A stretch of DNA of 64,000 nt from the human T2T-CHM13v2.0 reference genome, Homo sapiens: NCBI RefSeq assembly GCF_009914755.1, contig NC_060936.1. The stretch is one strand, 5' to 3'. Of the stretch, positions 15,181 to 30,640 are shown one piece after another. The notes under the pieces are model-generated. The model was not told the DNA's origin, searched no databases, and worked only from the letters and a program-made list of their open reading frames with translations. Each line of letters opens with the position of its first letter. The first letter of the stretch is position 1. The translations under genes and the position numbers were made by a program.

Positions 15181-15939
15181 GGGTAGAGGAAAATCGAGTC
15201 CAGACTCAACTGATATGCCAATTTCCTGTTCTACCCTATATGTAGTTCTCCCATTGTAGAATGATGATTCCACTGCAGAGGTTAAAAAGTTGGAATCTTG
15301 GCAAATGTACACAACTGTCCTGCCAACCCACATGGCTAGCTGAAGTGATCAGTTTGGGATCAGAAATTAAATATTTTACTTCTGAATGACATACCAGTTA
15401 TGTTAAGAGAGTGTGTTTTTCCAATATATGTAACTGAAAGAGCATGTGATTCACTGAAATATCCCCTTACTCTTATTGCATTGTAAAGGGAAAATAACTA
15501 TCAGAATATGGCAGCTGAGGTGAGAGAGGCCAGGTTGTGTTTATTTAGTTTCAAAAACTTTTCGTGCATAATTTTTCATTACCCCTATTCCTCTGGAGAA
15601 TGCTTTTGAGTTTCCTTTAAACTCCTAAGGCTCTAAGGACACTAAGGATCTGGAGTTATCCCATATTATCCTTTCAGAAATCCCCAATAATATGATGGCT
15701 GTGAGTCTTCGTAGGTAACAAATGACTTCTCTTAATGATTGATGCAGTAACTTTCCAAGAAAAGTGAAATATTGAGTGGCTATCTGGTGAATTCAAACAG
15801 TGTAGACAGTGAAGTGAGAAAAGAAAGGTCCAGAAAATACATTTGACCAGTGTGATGAGATTTGCTTTGGGACCCTAAACGAACAGCTGACCAATTCATC
15901 TCTTGGGAGTTTGGATTGTGCAGACTGGCCGGCTTTATC

Positions 15940-16750
<811 letters not shown>

Positions 16751-19700
16751 CATCCTGAGGGTGTTTGCAAATAGTGAAAATGAGGAGACCAGAGTATGCC
16801 TGCCAATGTTGGTTTTCTGTTGTCCGATGTCCTTCAAAAATGACCACCATCATTTTTTTTTATTATTACAGCCTTGGAAAGAAGGCCTGCAGTAGAAAAA
16901 ACACTCCATTCATTTTCCATGGAATACATTTGTTTGGTATGCAATGTGATTCTTTTTCTGCCTGTTAACGTGTACATTTTAAAAATTAGTTGCACCTTTT
17001 CCTTTTAGAGGTACTTAGTAACCATGCTGTTTCAGATACAAAGGCCTACAGAGCAATGCCCACTGCCCTGTGAATGGGGCCTTTGTTCTCAGTGCTGTTT
17101 TGGTAGGAAATGGTTGCTATTTAGGTCTCCAAGAGGGAATATAAACTATGCTCACCTAATCAAACAGACCAGTAAATACAGCAGTTAATCTGACAACTTC
17201 AAATTCCTGAGTTGCATTCTGAGAAACAATTTAACACCAACAATCATTTAAAGCCTATGTAAATCATAAGCCTTTGGTTACTTAAGAGGTTTATTGTATT
17301 TTATTTCATTTCACTTTATTAATTACCGCAAATGCCTGGTTCTAAGTCATATTTCAGGACACAGACTTCTTGTTGGTTGGAAAAGAAAAGAAATCACACT
17401 GAAAAATACAGCACTGAAGCTCAAAAATAAAAACATGTTATCCAGACGCCAAAGAGAGAAGAGACACAGCATGGGTGAATATATGAAAGCAAAAGATGAC
17501 CCTATCATATTAGTATGCTAATGAAGTAAGTATTGGTCCTGAGGACAGGGGAAACCCAGGTGCAGGCCTTCGATGTCCATTGTTCTCATTCCTTCAGATA
17601 GTTACTTCCAACGAATCTGCACTGTGGCTGTGAAATAAAAAGCAGTACCTGTTTGTTCAAGTTATTAACAGTTTTACAATGCCCTCACCACCTCACCTTG
17701 AAGGTTCAGTCACCACTTGAGAAACAAAAGCACTGAAACAATATATTTGTGGGGAAAAAAATCCACCTAGTTCTTAAATGCAATGTGGAGTGATACTTTA
17801 AACCCAAACAACAACAGCAAAAAGATCTCTTAGTTGGAGTTATGGGATATAAATATCACCATTTAGATCCTACCTGTTTGCTAACAATTGCAATAGCCTC
17901 TTACAATTTGTGATTGCAGCATATCAGGGAGCAGCGTCCAATAGGCACACAGCCTGTATTAAAAGCACTATCTGAACTATTCCTTTCCTTTTGAAGGAAA
18001 AAAAAAATCAAGTGTTTCTTGTTTTTAAAGGCACCATTGTCACTTCTGGTTGAATGTTTATTTTACTGTCTCCTGCACAGCGGAGGGCATTTCACCTATA
18101 AAGAGTGATTACAGAGTACTGGGACAATTTGAATACTCTAATCAATGCTAGTTAAAGGAGGAATAAATAAACTTTTATGGCACCAGGGTTCCTACCCTTC
18201 ATGGAAATTATTGTTAATTTATTGAATCAATAATCTTAAAACAATAAATTATGATGCCCTTTGTTTTATTAAGCCCTTCTCACAGTGTGTTAAAAAGCAA
18301 GGGCTTTATAAATATTGCAACAGGCTGGGAGGAGGTTTTCTTAACCAAGTCTTTGTATGTGGTCCGTTATGCAACAGATTAGACTATAAAAGTTAAAAGT
18401 GTGTGTGTTGGGGGCTGGGGGGTGCGGGACTCGAACATGATTTAGTGTCTACTAAAATAATAATAATAATAATAATTCCTTTACTACTTAAAATTAGCCA
18501 TTTTAAGCAAGGAATTTGGATTATTTTTCTCATTAACCCTGCCACTGCTTCGGGTTATTTGGTTTTACTCTTCAACTGTTTGATAATTTTTACATATTAA
18601 GGGCATATTCATTACAAAACAGGAAGAAAGATTTTCAACTAATACGGGCTGGACACCGACTGTCCAGAAGGAATCGAATCATTGTCCTCAATGGTTTTCT
18701 CTTAATCATGGTCCCATGTTTAATCTGTTTTCCACCAAAACCTTTAGGGAAAACAAAACTCCCCAGCTTGTTTTGAATTTCCAATCTCCTACTATCCTGA
18801 CCTAGTCAGGATAAGATAAAGTGCCTAAAACAGTGTCTGGCATAGGGCTGACTCTAAACAAAATAGAATGTTCCCTCTCTGGGGCCATCCTAGTGCTGCT
18901 TCTCTACCCCACACGCAACTGTAACAGGTCATGAGAATTGTATCCTTGAAATCTTTATTAGTTTTCTCATTATGTTTTTACCTTTCATAGCTATCGAAGT
19001 ATCTTTTGGGTACCTATTCATCCTGTTACAAAACTGTACCCAAATGCAAACTCTCTGGCTTTAAAAAATAAAATATAATGGGGAAAAGTGCACATTTGGG
19101 GTAATATCTGCAGATGAGACATTACCGTAGAAGCAATGTCCCAGAAGCACCTAATATCCAAAGCTTTCTGTATAGACTAAGCTCCTGTAATGGCTCTACA
19201 GCTACTATATACAATTATGTGCTCACTAACAGCATCCCTTAAAACAGGCAGAAGGGATCTTTGAAGCCGAGCTCTGCATACCTTAATTACGGAACCAATT
19301 TGGGACACTATTTGTTCCAACATTTTTTAAAGGCCTTCCCTAGATTACAAGAACACATCATATCAGGATTACTTTTTGTGCCTGGAGACCACAGACCTGA
19401 ATGCAGGCCATTGGAATGGTCCCCCAGAGTGTCGGTGTTCACCACCTCGTTCTCCTGGGGGTTTTACAGTTTTTGTCACAGGACTGGCCTAAAACCAGAA
19501 ATATTATTCCCTGGAGCTAATGTTCTGACCGAAGTTCACCATCCTAGAGATCCAGCTCTGGCTATGGAACTGTAACAGTTTAGCACCTGAAGGGCCCAGC
19601 AAGGAAACTAGAAGCCGACAATTTATGGAACTTCCACCCATCATGGATACAGTGATTTGACAAACTCCTGGCGAGTTCAGTAACAGTTCAAGGAATCTTC

Positions 19701-20104
19701 CTGGTATTCTGAAGAGTTCAAGAGATGCACCTAGACCAAAGGAGGAAAAGGAGACCCAGCATACTATAACCCAGGAGTGTTGCTGAATTAACCAGATCTT
19801 CGCAGAGCTGAGCCATTGGCAGAGGCCCTCAGTCTGAGCCATTTGTAAGGGGCTGAGGCAGGCAAGGAAATTCTTGGGCCCATTTTAATTTACTGGGAAG
19901 GCTTGGCTAAGTTAAGGGTTCTATTTAGGTCCTTGGATACTTTTCCCACTGTATATTCCCAGAGCAGCTCTAGAGCCACTGGAATCTGGCTGAAGGATAA
20001 GGAAGAACCATACCCAAGAGTATTCATTACATTCAATTGCATGGCAAGACGAATCAGGAGTCCAGGCAGTCAATAGAACTGGCTGCGATAATGGTAAAAG
20101 GATG

Positions 20105-20255
20105 GCTACTACATACCAAGCACTATCATGGGAGACATATATTGTTTCACTTAGTTCTCACAACAACCCTTTGGGTAACGTATTGCAATCTTGATTTTAG
20201 AAATGAAGGGCAGAAATTCAGAGTGGTTTAGGGACTTGCCCAAGGTAATACAGTG
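20105..20255 (-). mobile_element. MIR
   Basis: ttctcacaacaaccct...attttagaaatgaagg...gacttgcccaaggt. Confidence 0.75.
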
Positions 20256-20820
20256 GTGGTATCATGTCTGGGCCTTTCTAGCTCCAAAGGTCATCCTGAA
20301 ACCAATAGGCCATGCAGACAGACTTTCCCTAAAATTGTTCTGTCACTTCAGCCTGTGTATCTTCAGGGCCTTTGCAACTTTCTTAGGATTATCTCTCTTA
20401 CTTACAGAAATCAATCCAAACCTTGCCCTTATGGCTTTTCCACAGTCTGAACTTCTCATAAAGAAAGAATCAATATCCATTATGTAGGTACAGGATTCAT
20501 AGATTTCAGTGAATTCATTCATAAATAGGAAGGTTCAGTATTGATTTAATGTTAGTGGGTCTATTAATATTAAAGCTGATTATATTAATTGTATTCTTCC
20601 AGCCAGCATTCATCCTTTAATGTTCGTGCCCGTCTCCTTAGTGCTTGATAGAAAGGATGCACTTCTTATGTTAGGTAAGCAACTTGAAGAAATGGGAGGA
20701 GAGGTAATTATATGCAGGTATGTATATATACAACACCGAGACAGGAATATTTGGGGGAGCTAAGAACAGCCATGCGTCGGGGCTTCACAGAGATAAAAGT
20801 ATAGTTTAAAACCAAGAGGG

Positions 20821-21151
<331 letters not shown>

Positions 21152-21168
21152 TTATTTTGACACTTTCA

Positions 21169-21544
21169 TGTTGTGGATACCAGGGTTCAATGCTCGGATC
21201 TCCCTTTCAAGACTAAGGTTCCTACCTCCCCTCCCCACTACTGTGAGTGATGCCTAATCATGGAGACTCTCTGCACGAATCGCCCTTGGCCAAAGCGAGC
21301 CACCAGTTCCCAAGGTTATGAGCCTCCATAGGAAGCAGCCCATGTACAAGGACTGGTCTATGCCCCTTGCTTCACTCAGACACAACTTTGATGGCCATCC
21401 CAACTCCAGAACTCCCATTAGATCAGGTGTAGCTCTGTTGCATCAGAACTCATTCTCTCCTTTTGCCTAATTCTGTTTCCCTTTCTCTTCCTGCACACAA
21501 ATCTCCCACCTCAAATCTGTTTCCAGAAAACCTGACCTAAGACA
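21169..21544 (+). mobile_element. LTR16-family (ERVL) solo LTR
   Basis: tgttgtgga start; cccaaggttatg...gcagccca; ggccatcccaactccagaactccc; ends acctgacctaagaca. Confidence 0.8.
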
Positions 21545-22059
21545 CCTCCTAAGGCATAGAAACTTATCAAAGCTTTGCCATTAAGTCACTCAACCCATCT
21601 CTGTCTTTGTTTTACCCATTCTTGTCATTACCAACCAAATTTGTCACCCTTGACCAAATGCCTTTTCTTTACTATCTCCTGGTTTCTATTTTTATAGCTT
21701 CTGCATACACATAACTTTGGCTTACTCACAGCTTTAGTTTTCTCTTGGCCCTTCATGGTTTTCCCATCATCGAGCTTCTTCAGGTGAGGTTTTGAGTACT
21801 GCTTATATGTCACTTGCAGTACTATGAATTTGACTAATTTTGGTTCAGGTGCATATATTTAGATGGAAGATGGAGGAGATTTATAAAACATGGCCACCCC
21901 TGCTTAGGAAAAAGCTTAAGACATCTTCCTTGTAGAGAAAACTAGGAGCATGACAACTTCTGTTAGAAGGAAGGGTGAACTTTGGCCAGCACTGTGACTA
22001 GCCTGTCCATTGCATTCATAAACCAGATCTAACTATAATCAAGGCATCAGCGACATCTA

Positions 22060-22195
22060 GGAATCAGTTCCACAAATATTTATTGAGCACCTATTAATCA
22101 GGATCCATTTTAGGAAAGGAAATAGACAATAAAAAAAATGACAAACTCTTACCCTCATGAAGTTTACATTTTAGTGTGAAGGACAGAAAAAAATA
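22060..22195 (-). mobile_element. L2 3' end
   Basis: acaaatatttattgagcacct...accctcatgaagtttacattttagt. Confidence 0.8.
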
Positions 22196-23083
22196 TAGAT
22201 AATTGAAATTCAAAGAAAACAACAACAATCTCAATAACTTTATACATTTTCCCTGGCAAAAACTGCCTTCCAGATCCTCAACAGAAAGGCAAGATCAGCT
22301 GACCTTTTACCTCCTTTCTCTACTCCTCTATCCTGGTAGTGTTCATGGGCAAGAAAATGACCAGAGAAAGAGAAGAAAAGGAAAAACCCACAGCCTTAAA
22401 TCATCTGCTTCCTTAATGAAGTTAGCTTTACAAGTGAGCAATAACAACTTTATCCTGAGAGGGAATTCTGTTTTCTCTGTTCAGACTGTTTTATTCAATC
22501 ATTTGTAATTTTTAACAACACTTACATAGCATTATTGTGGTTTAGGATGCATTTCCATTTAATCATTCATTTAATCTCTCATTCAGCAAACATTTAGTAT
22601 TTAAGTATGTGTGTCAGACTCATAGACCATCTTCTTTCTTCCAAATGCAACTCTAGCAAGAGAGTAAATATTGTTAGCATACCCATTTACCAGAAGAGGT
22701 TGGTGAGAAAATAAAGCCCAGAGGTTGACAACAAGGAGAATAGAAAAACCTCGGCTTTAGAGCCAAGTGGACTCAAGTTTGTTTCCATATATGTGTCTAT
22801 AGGAATATTCTTGCATATGCAAAGAAAAATGTTTTGAGATGGTTTATAATAATGCATGCAATACAGTCATGGAAAAAATATAAATGGATTGAAAGAAACT
22901 TAATGAAGAGACAATAGGAATAGAATGGAAAGATGAGAACAGGCAGCAAATAAGAAAACAGGTATTGTGCTAGCTATGTTAACAAGATCTTTCATGATTA
23001 CTAAAGTTGAGCCTCAAGTTTTTTATGAGCTTTGTTGCTGTTGGGGAGAAAATGGAAACACAGAAAAGATAATGATTGTGTTT

Positions 23084-23392
23084 TCCTTCCTTCCTTCCTT
23101 TCTCTCTCTTTCTCCCTTCCTTCTTTCCTTCTTTCCTTCCTTCCTTCCTTCCTTCCTTCCTTCCCACCCAGGCTGTAGTGCAGTGGCACAATGATAGCCC
23201 ACTGCAGCCTGGGCTCCAGTGATCCTCCCACCTCAGCCTCCTGAGTAGCTGGGACTACAAGTGCTCACCACCATGCCCGGCTAATTTTTCATTTTAAAAT
23301 TTTTTTGTAGAGATGGGGTCTTGCTATGTTGCCTAAGCTGGTCTCAGACTCCTCAGGCCAAGCAATCCTCCTACCTTGGCCTCCCAATGTGC
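23084..23392 (-). mobile_element. AluJ (partial) with a (TTCC)n tail-derived microsatellite at 23084-23163
   Basis: Antisense Alu body adjacent to a pure pyrimidine tract. Confidence 0.9.
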
Positions 23393-23459
23393 CTTGTCTT
23401 TCAATGAATAAATTACAAGGGGTGGGGGGAGGGAGAAAAAAGTAGAACTTACCAGTTAA

Positions 23460-23640
23460 AAGATAATTAAGAGACATATCCCCCAAACCAACTGTAAAAG
23501 AATGACTTAGGAAGAAATTGGAGAACTAACGGTGACTTTTTCATATTAAGAAACTGCTATTTTAGGTGCGATAATGGCATTGTGTTAATGTCTTTAGAAG
23601 AGTCATTATCTTTAAGATACATATTGAGTTATTTACAGTT
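23460..23640 (+). mobile_element. L1MC-type fragment
   Basis: ttttaggtgcgataatggcattgtg...agatacatattgagttatttacag. Confidence 0.6.
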
Positions 23641-23797
23641 AAATTGAAAAAGGAAAACAACAATAACTATGAAATTCCTGTTGCCCTCACATTAGCTTTG
23701 TGACTTTGGGCCAGTTATGTCACTTTTTTCTCCTATAAGTGGAGGGAAATGCAATATATTGCTCAGAGGTTTTTATGGAGATTAAATGAGATACATA

Positions 23798-24436
23798 TAG
23801 TCAATCTACATGATTTGTGTATTCCCTATTTGCAAATTCCCCTACTTGCTAACATTTATTTGTAATCTCAAAAGCAATGCTTGTGGAGCCTTTGTGGTCA
23901 TTCTCAGACATGCACAGAGTGGGGAAAAACATTGAGTCACCTGGAATCCACGTTCAGCTGAGGTTGAACCAGGTATGCCTCTTGTTTCAGCTCTCATACT
24001 GTAAACAAGTGTCTTTTTCATGGTCTCTTTAGTGCCACATTTTTTGCATTTTGTGGGTTTTGTTGTAATTTCTTTGTTCATAATGCCTCCACAAACATAG
24101 TGCTGAAGTGCTATCTAGTGTTCCTAAGTGCAAGAAGGTTGTGACATGCCTTCTAGAGAAAATGTGTTAGATAAGCTATGTTCAGGCATGAAGCTGTAGT
24201 GCTGTTGGCCAAGAGTTCAATGTAATGAATCAACAATATATGTTGATTTCTGTCCTTAAACAGAAACATACATAAAACATGGTTATGTATTGACCAATTA
24301 ACAACAATACTGTGACCAGAGGCTTGCAGGAACCTAACCCTGTATTTCCCTTAGGAGCAGTGGTTCAGTATTTGCTATTTCAGAGTTTACAGAGACTTTA
24401 TAAAATTTAACTACTGTGAGTAACAATAATCAACTG
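23798..24436 (+). mobile_element. MER82 (TcMar-Tigger), full length, inserted into a MIR
   Basis: Matches recalled MER82 (cttgtttcagctctcatactgtaaacaagtgtc; gcaggaacctaaccctgtatttccc); TA on both sides; MIR halves at ~23670-23795 and 24439-24490. Confidence 0.88.
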
Positions 24437-25169
24437 TACAGAAATGGCTTAGGCTAACACCATCCTTAGAGCAAGCACTCAACAAATGTTTTTACCTCTT
24501 CCCTTCGGTGACAGAGACCAAACCCCAAACTGCCTTCTGCAGACTAATTTTCTGGACTCTTTGTTCTTGAGAAAGCTCCCCAGCCTGTGAATACATTGTA
24601 ATGTGTGTAACACACTATTTGATCAAACAGACCTTCATCTGGACATATTTTCCATCTTTCAGCCAGTTTTTGTTTCTCTGGGGTAACCTTGGTTAACAGA
24701 AATTGCACTGGGCTTGGAATTAGAGAGCCTGGGTCAGGCTTCTGATCTTATGAGTTGTGTGATCCACAGTCATATCTCAAGCCACGAGAAGTTCTCAGCA
24801 ATAAAATAAAATGTAATAAAACTCCAAGTTCTATGGTTAAAAACTAAAAGAGAGAGATGAATATAATCTGGAGAAGCTAAGGGAAGGCTTAAGGGGACAG
24901 ACGAAAAACAAGTTTGAAGCTACCTTCCCTCCTGGCACCATTGAGTACTGCTTGTGCCCACCATCCCTGGAGAACTCCTAGGCAAGTTGCATATCCCACT
25001 ATGATTTCCAAATCCAAGTTTATTTCTGGCCTTCTAAATGGGTATGCCAGGCCTACTCAACACCCCAGGATCAACATGTTTCCTGGAGTATCCGTTTTAC
25101 TAGAATGTTCATTAAGGAAAACATATACTAAAATAAAATTTATTCAGCTATGGCTCAAAAAGTCTACAT

Positions 25170-25640
25170 AGAAGGATGAAGTGCATGCTTTTGGTGTTCC
25201 ACAGTGTCTCCTCTCAATTCACCTTGGGTTGTACCTGCAACAGGGAGGGCAGTGCAGTTCTCATGTAAACCAAGAGCCTCCCAGCCTGAGTGCCCATGGT
25301 CTCTCAGCTTTCTAGTCTCAAGCTCTTTCCCAAGGCCTCTAGAGCTTGCTCAAGCTGCCCAGAGGGCAAACCCAGAAGTGCAGGAGAGAATGACCCTGGG
25401 GAGAATTCACAGTAATGAGAGCTAAGAGCCTCATCTCCATGTCCTTCAGAGGAACAATTCTGAGAAGCAATGTACATGGTTCTTGAAAAGCTGAAGCCCC
25501 TATTGTCCACAACAGCAAGCAGCTCAGAGACACATACTTTATTGAATTTCTGTCTTTCTTGTCTCACTCTCCCGAATCTCTCACCTTCCAAAATGCTACC
25601 TGTACCCAAGTCCTTGTCTCAGGCTCTGCTTTTGGAATCA
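25170..25640 (+). mobile_element. LTR33-like ERVL LTR relic
   Basis: cccagaagtgcaggagag; 3' ctacctgtacccaagtccttgtctcaggctctgctttt. Confidence 0.6.
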
Positions 25641-25713
25641 GAAGGAGCTATTTGGCTAGAAAAATGGACTTGAGCTGCATTTGCACAGCACTTTACATGA
25701 GATTAAAGAAATC

Positions 25714-25910
<197 letters not shown>

Positions 25911-26113
25911 AGATTAAAGAAATCCAATTGTCTGTTTAAAGACACACCAAACTGCCCACAGATACATGACAAACTTGAAAGCACAATTCCCCTATATTAA
26001 GAATAAAAAGATATCAAGAAACTTCTCTCTTGGTGCTACGTTGGCCAATACGTCTAACCTCCAGTCTATTCTCTGTGATTAAGGTTCCTGAGTGAAAAAA
26101 AATCACTCTAATC

Positions 26114-26534
<421 letters not shown>

Positions 26535-27087
26535 TGAATGCCAATGCCAAGTTCTACAAAACTCCATTTCAGCAGGTGGGGCTTGGAGAAGGTTTAAGTG
26601 TTTGTTCACTTTGATAACCTACTGGGACGCTCAAGGGGAACTGTATCATAAAAAGAGGCCACGCTACTTCTCAGGCAAAGGAAAACGGAAGTCTGATTCA
26701 GTAACCTGGATAATTGTGACTACATGAATCATATTAACATAAAATTAACTTTCTTTCAAAGGATCATTTGACCCTGCAAATCTGATTTTTAAAAATCTAT
26801 ATATGCAACAGTATGTTACTGCTTTATTCTGGAGGATTTCAGGAGCCATTGCTTTAAAAACCACCTTCACAATCAAGATTCTTCCTAACAATAAAAAAAA
26901 AAATGAATTGCCCTCAAAATTGGATAAATGTATGTATGTGGACCCTCCCTTACTGACCATTTGTCCTTGGGAAAGATGAGTTTATACCCAAAGTCTATAT
27001 ATTGTTGCTGCTATTTCAAACTGAAACTGAAGAAAAGAGGTAAATCAAAGGAAATTAATGGCTGATTTTTAACTTTCTTAAAAAAAG

Positions 27088-27325
27088 AATTGACAGATAA
27101 AATAATATGTATTTACCGTGTGCAACATGGTGCTCTGAAATATATATAAATTGTGGAATGACTAAATCTATCCAATTAACATATGCGCTACTTCATGTAG
27201 TTATCATTTGTGTGGTGAGAACATTACATCCACTCTCTTAGCATTTTTCAAGAACACAGTATATTACTCACTATAGTCGCCATGTTGTGCAATAGATTTC
27301 TTGACCTTATTTCTCCTATCTAACT
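27088..27325 (-). mobile_element. L1MA-type 3' end
   Basis: ttgtggaatgactaaatc...gtggtgagaaca...ctatagtcgccatgttgtgcaatagat. Confidence 0.85.
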
Positions 27326-28574
27326 AATTTTTAGCTTTCAGTCATGTGATAGAATTTCAATGTATACCTATTAACCTATTCTTCAGGATGCCCTGTGCCA
27401 GATTGATCTGATTTATCATTCTTCAATTCATCTTATAATCTACATTGCATAAGTTACAGTCTTCTCTAAATTTTATGAGACAGATATGAGCACTGATTTT
27501 GGCATGCAGATCTCCGTTGCTTCGGCCCTATTGAAGTTCAAGAAAAGCTGTACTGTTTGTACAAGATTTCCATCCTCATCCTCAATGGCTTGGATTTTGT
27601 TTTGTTTGGAGAGGGGTGACAAATAAACAAAAACCTCTATCAAAAGCAATGAGGAAATAACAGTTTACAATATATTCTCTTTTAAAAACTTAACATCATT
27701 ACTTTTATTCCGTATATGGCCAGCAACGTATCCACCCCCGGATCTTCTGAATGTGGAGGTCTGGGTGATGAAATCACATTGACCTCCTTTTGCTGAGGTC
27801 AGGCAACAAACTATGGGCCAGTTTATGAGCATATCGTGTGTGCTCTGTGAGTTTGTTGTAAATTACTGCTAGATTGTTTTTGTCCCCTCCTTTTTTTAAA
27901 ATAGAGTCTGGACCCAAACACTGCTATTTGATGACAAGAAAAAGCACAGCTGTACTATTGTTAATCATCCATCCGTTTCTTCCATCATGCCCTGATTTCA
28001 TAAGGTGTCCAAATAATGACTCTTTTCCAACCTGGAGGATGGAATTGAAATGGTGACAGGGCAAGGTCTACTGAACCACACCTGTCCTATATTCTACTAG
28101 TTTAACTCCATCATCAGAAACTATGTGTCCTTGGTATCAACTACAACTGACTGGTCCAAGAAGAATTATATAAATAATTTTGGCTTTACTTTTTTTTAAT
28201 GAAGGAGAAGAGATCGAAATATTGATACTTCTGCAGAAATGTGTCATTCATATTGAAAAACATCTGGACAGAATCACTTCTTTGGGAGTGAAAGCAGTTT
28301 GAAAACGGTAATGTTCTACATAAATGTATCTGCAATTTTGTTTCTGGAATTTTTCTCTGCCTGCTGGTGGTCATGCACTGAAGTTTCTTGCAAACCTACT
28401 TGATGTGAATTAGTCTGTAGTTTGTACCTTTCACATATCACCATCTGCTAAAGGCAGTACAGAGTTTTCCAGGCCAATCCACAGAGGGAGGACCGAGGAT
28501 GGGCAGTCCTGGGGCACTGTGACAGATTGTGTGGCACAAATTTAACACAGAATTCAGTAAGAAGTATACTTGAA

Positions 28575-28765
28575 TGTAACTCGTTTATTGATTCATTCAT
28601 TGCCAAAACATTTACTCACTGTCTATTATGTGATCCATACTATGCAAGCCCTGGGAATTCAAAGTAACTAAGATAACTTACTCTGTAGGACTCATAGTCT
28701 AGTGAGGAAGGCAGGTAAACAGTTATAATCAAAGAGATAAGGGCTGATATAGGCTCTGCAAAAGG
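28575..28765 (-). mobile_element. L2 3' end
   Basis: attcattcatt...catttact...ctcatagtctagtgagga. Confidence 0.7.
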
Positions 28766-29229
28766 CTAGAAATATGGATAATAAATGATGAGGCAGTTGC
28801 ATTTTATAGTTCCACGAGAAAATGAACTTGATTTTCATTGCTTCGAATCCACATGGTCTTCCTTGGAAACATCTTCTCAGTAATTAAGAGAATTCAATAA
28901 GAATTTCTACCTTTTTAGACTTTGGTGCCCCAGTGTAGGGAAGGAAAGGAAAATTATAGACTTTCTTTCCCTTTGTTGCTTGGTGGGCCATCACCATGGT
29001 CAGACTCAAGTCTACAGCAAAACTCACAGTTCTTATCTCTGCAGCTGCAAACAGGGCTCTGAATGCTCACACAGGGAAGCAAACAGATGATGGAAATCTC
29101 TTTCTAACAGAAATGCAACGAAGATAGACTTTCTATTACTTTAGAATTATTCTACTTTCTTGGCAAGTTCTAAGAAGGATGGACTACTGTCTCCTTGAGA
29201 GGTCTCATTATGTAGAAAGGCAGCATCTG

Positions 29230-29330
29230 AGAAAGAATAGAAGGAAGGGAATGAAGGACAGAAAGATGAAGAAAGGAAAGAAGGAAGGAAATGAGAAAGG
29301 AAGGGAAAAGGAAGAAAAGAAAGAAGGAAT
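29230..29330. repeat. GA-rich (GGAA/GAAA) low-complexity tract
   Basis: Nearly pure purine run. Confidence 0.85.
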
Positions 29331-30254
29331 GCAAGATAGCTATAATATTTGAAATAAGAGAAATTTTATTTTCTGCTGCAAAAAAATCCTGCAAGTCACA
29401 CCACATCTATTAACATAGGAAGTAAAGAAATGTTATGGGGGCATAGGGGGAAAGTTAGCCCACAGTCCTTCCATAAATCTATTTTATCGCTTTATAGTCA
29501 CCTATTATTAAACATAGTGGGTCAATTCTCACTTTGCTTCCCTGTCTACCCATTAGCAAAAGCTGTGTGTTAATTTTTCTGTGACAAGTTCTGGTGTGTG
29601 AAGCCTGGTAACCTCACTGGAAAATAACTGGATTTTTGGAAGCAAAGGCCTAATGACCACTACTTATGAGTTCACATTTTTGAGAGCTCAGTCCATATGA
29701 CATGAAAGGAGTCATACACAATCACATGAACTCTTGGTGAGGATTAAAGAGGTGCAAAGACTGTCTCTTGAAAGCCTTTTTAGAAGGGAGAACAGCCTAC
29801 TGGGCCTTGGGCCCAGACTGTGAGTACACTTCCCTTCCTAGACATTCTCTTAAGTCATAGTATTTCTTTATTGTAATCAAGTAAAATAAGAAAAGAACAT
29901 TAACATTTTCTAAGAAGGGAGACACTAACTCTATTAAAATAAGAGAGAGGTCTCCTTTCTTTACTTAATATTTATTGAATGTTTCTAAACATATGCAATT
30001 TGCTACAACTCTCTCATGTTTGTGACGGTGATGAATTAATACAGTTGTTAAGCACATCAAATAAGATTTTTCTCCTGGAGGGAAATCACAGAAGAGGAGA
30101 ATGGTTGGTGAACTATTTTGGAAGCTTACACTGAATTAAAGTCATTCATTATTGCTGTGCAGAGTTAAGTAATAAAACTAACAGTTTCTTAGTATTTTCC
30201 TTAAATTGTTATTTTATTTTGGAATGTAATCTCTAATTTGGATAATAATAGTAT

Positions 30255-30640
30255 TCAGTCATTCTTTCAATAGATATTTCTTGAAGACTCATTATGTGTG
30301 AGGCACTATTCTAGGCTCTGGGAAGAAAAAACAAAGTTCCTGCCCTCCTATATGTGTACATTTCAGCAGGGGAAGACAGACAGTCAATGTATAAACAGGA
30401 AAATAATTATGCAAGATCATTTTAAATATGTATTAGTGCTAAGAAGATAATAAGATACAGTAATGGGATAGAGAATGATTGAGGCAGTGGGGAGTGGGGA
30501 TCGCTTCAGCATGGTCAAAGAGGACCTCACTGAGCTGAGACAGGAATGATAAAAAGGAGGGAGATGTGTAAAGAACTAGGGGAGAAGTATTCTACACAGA
30601 GGAAATAAGTACAAAGGACTTGGGGCAGTTTACCCTTGAG
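30255..30640 (-). mobile_element. L2 fragment
   Basis: attcagtcattc...aggcactattctaggctctggga...gtcaaagaggacctcactgag. Confidence 0.8.
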
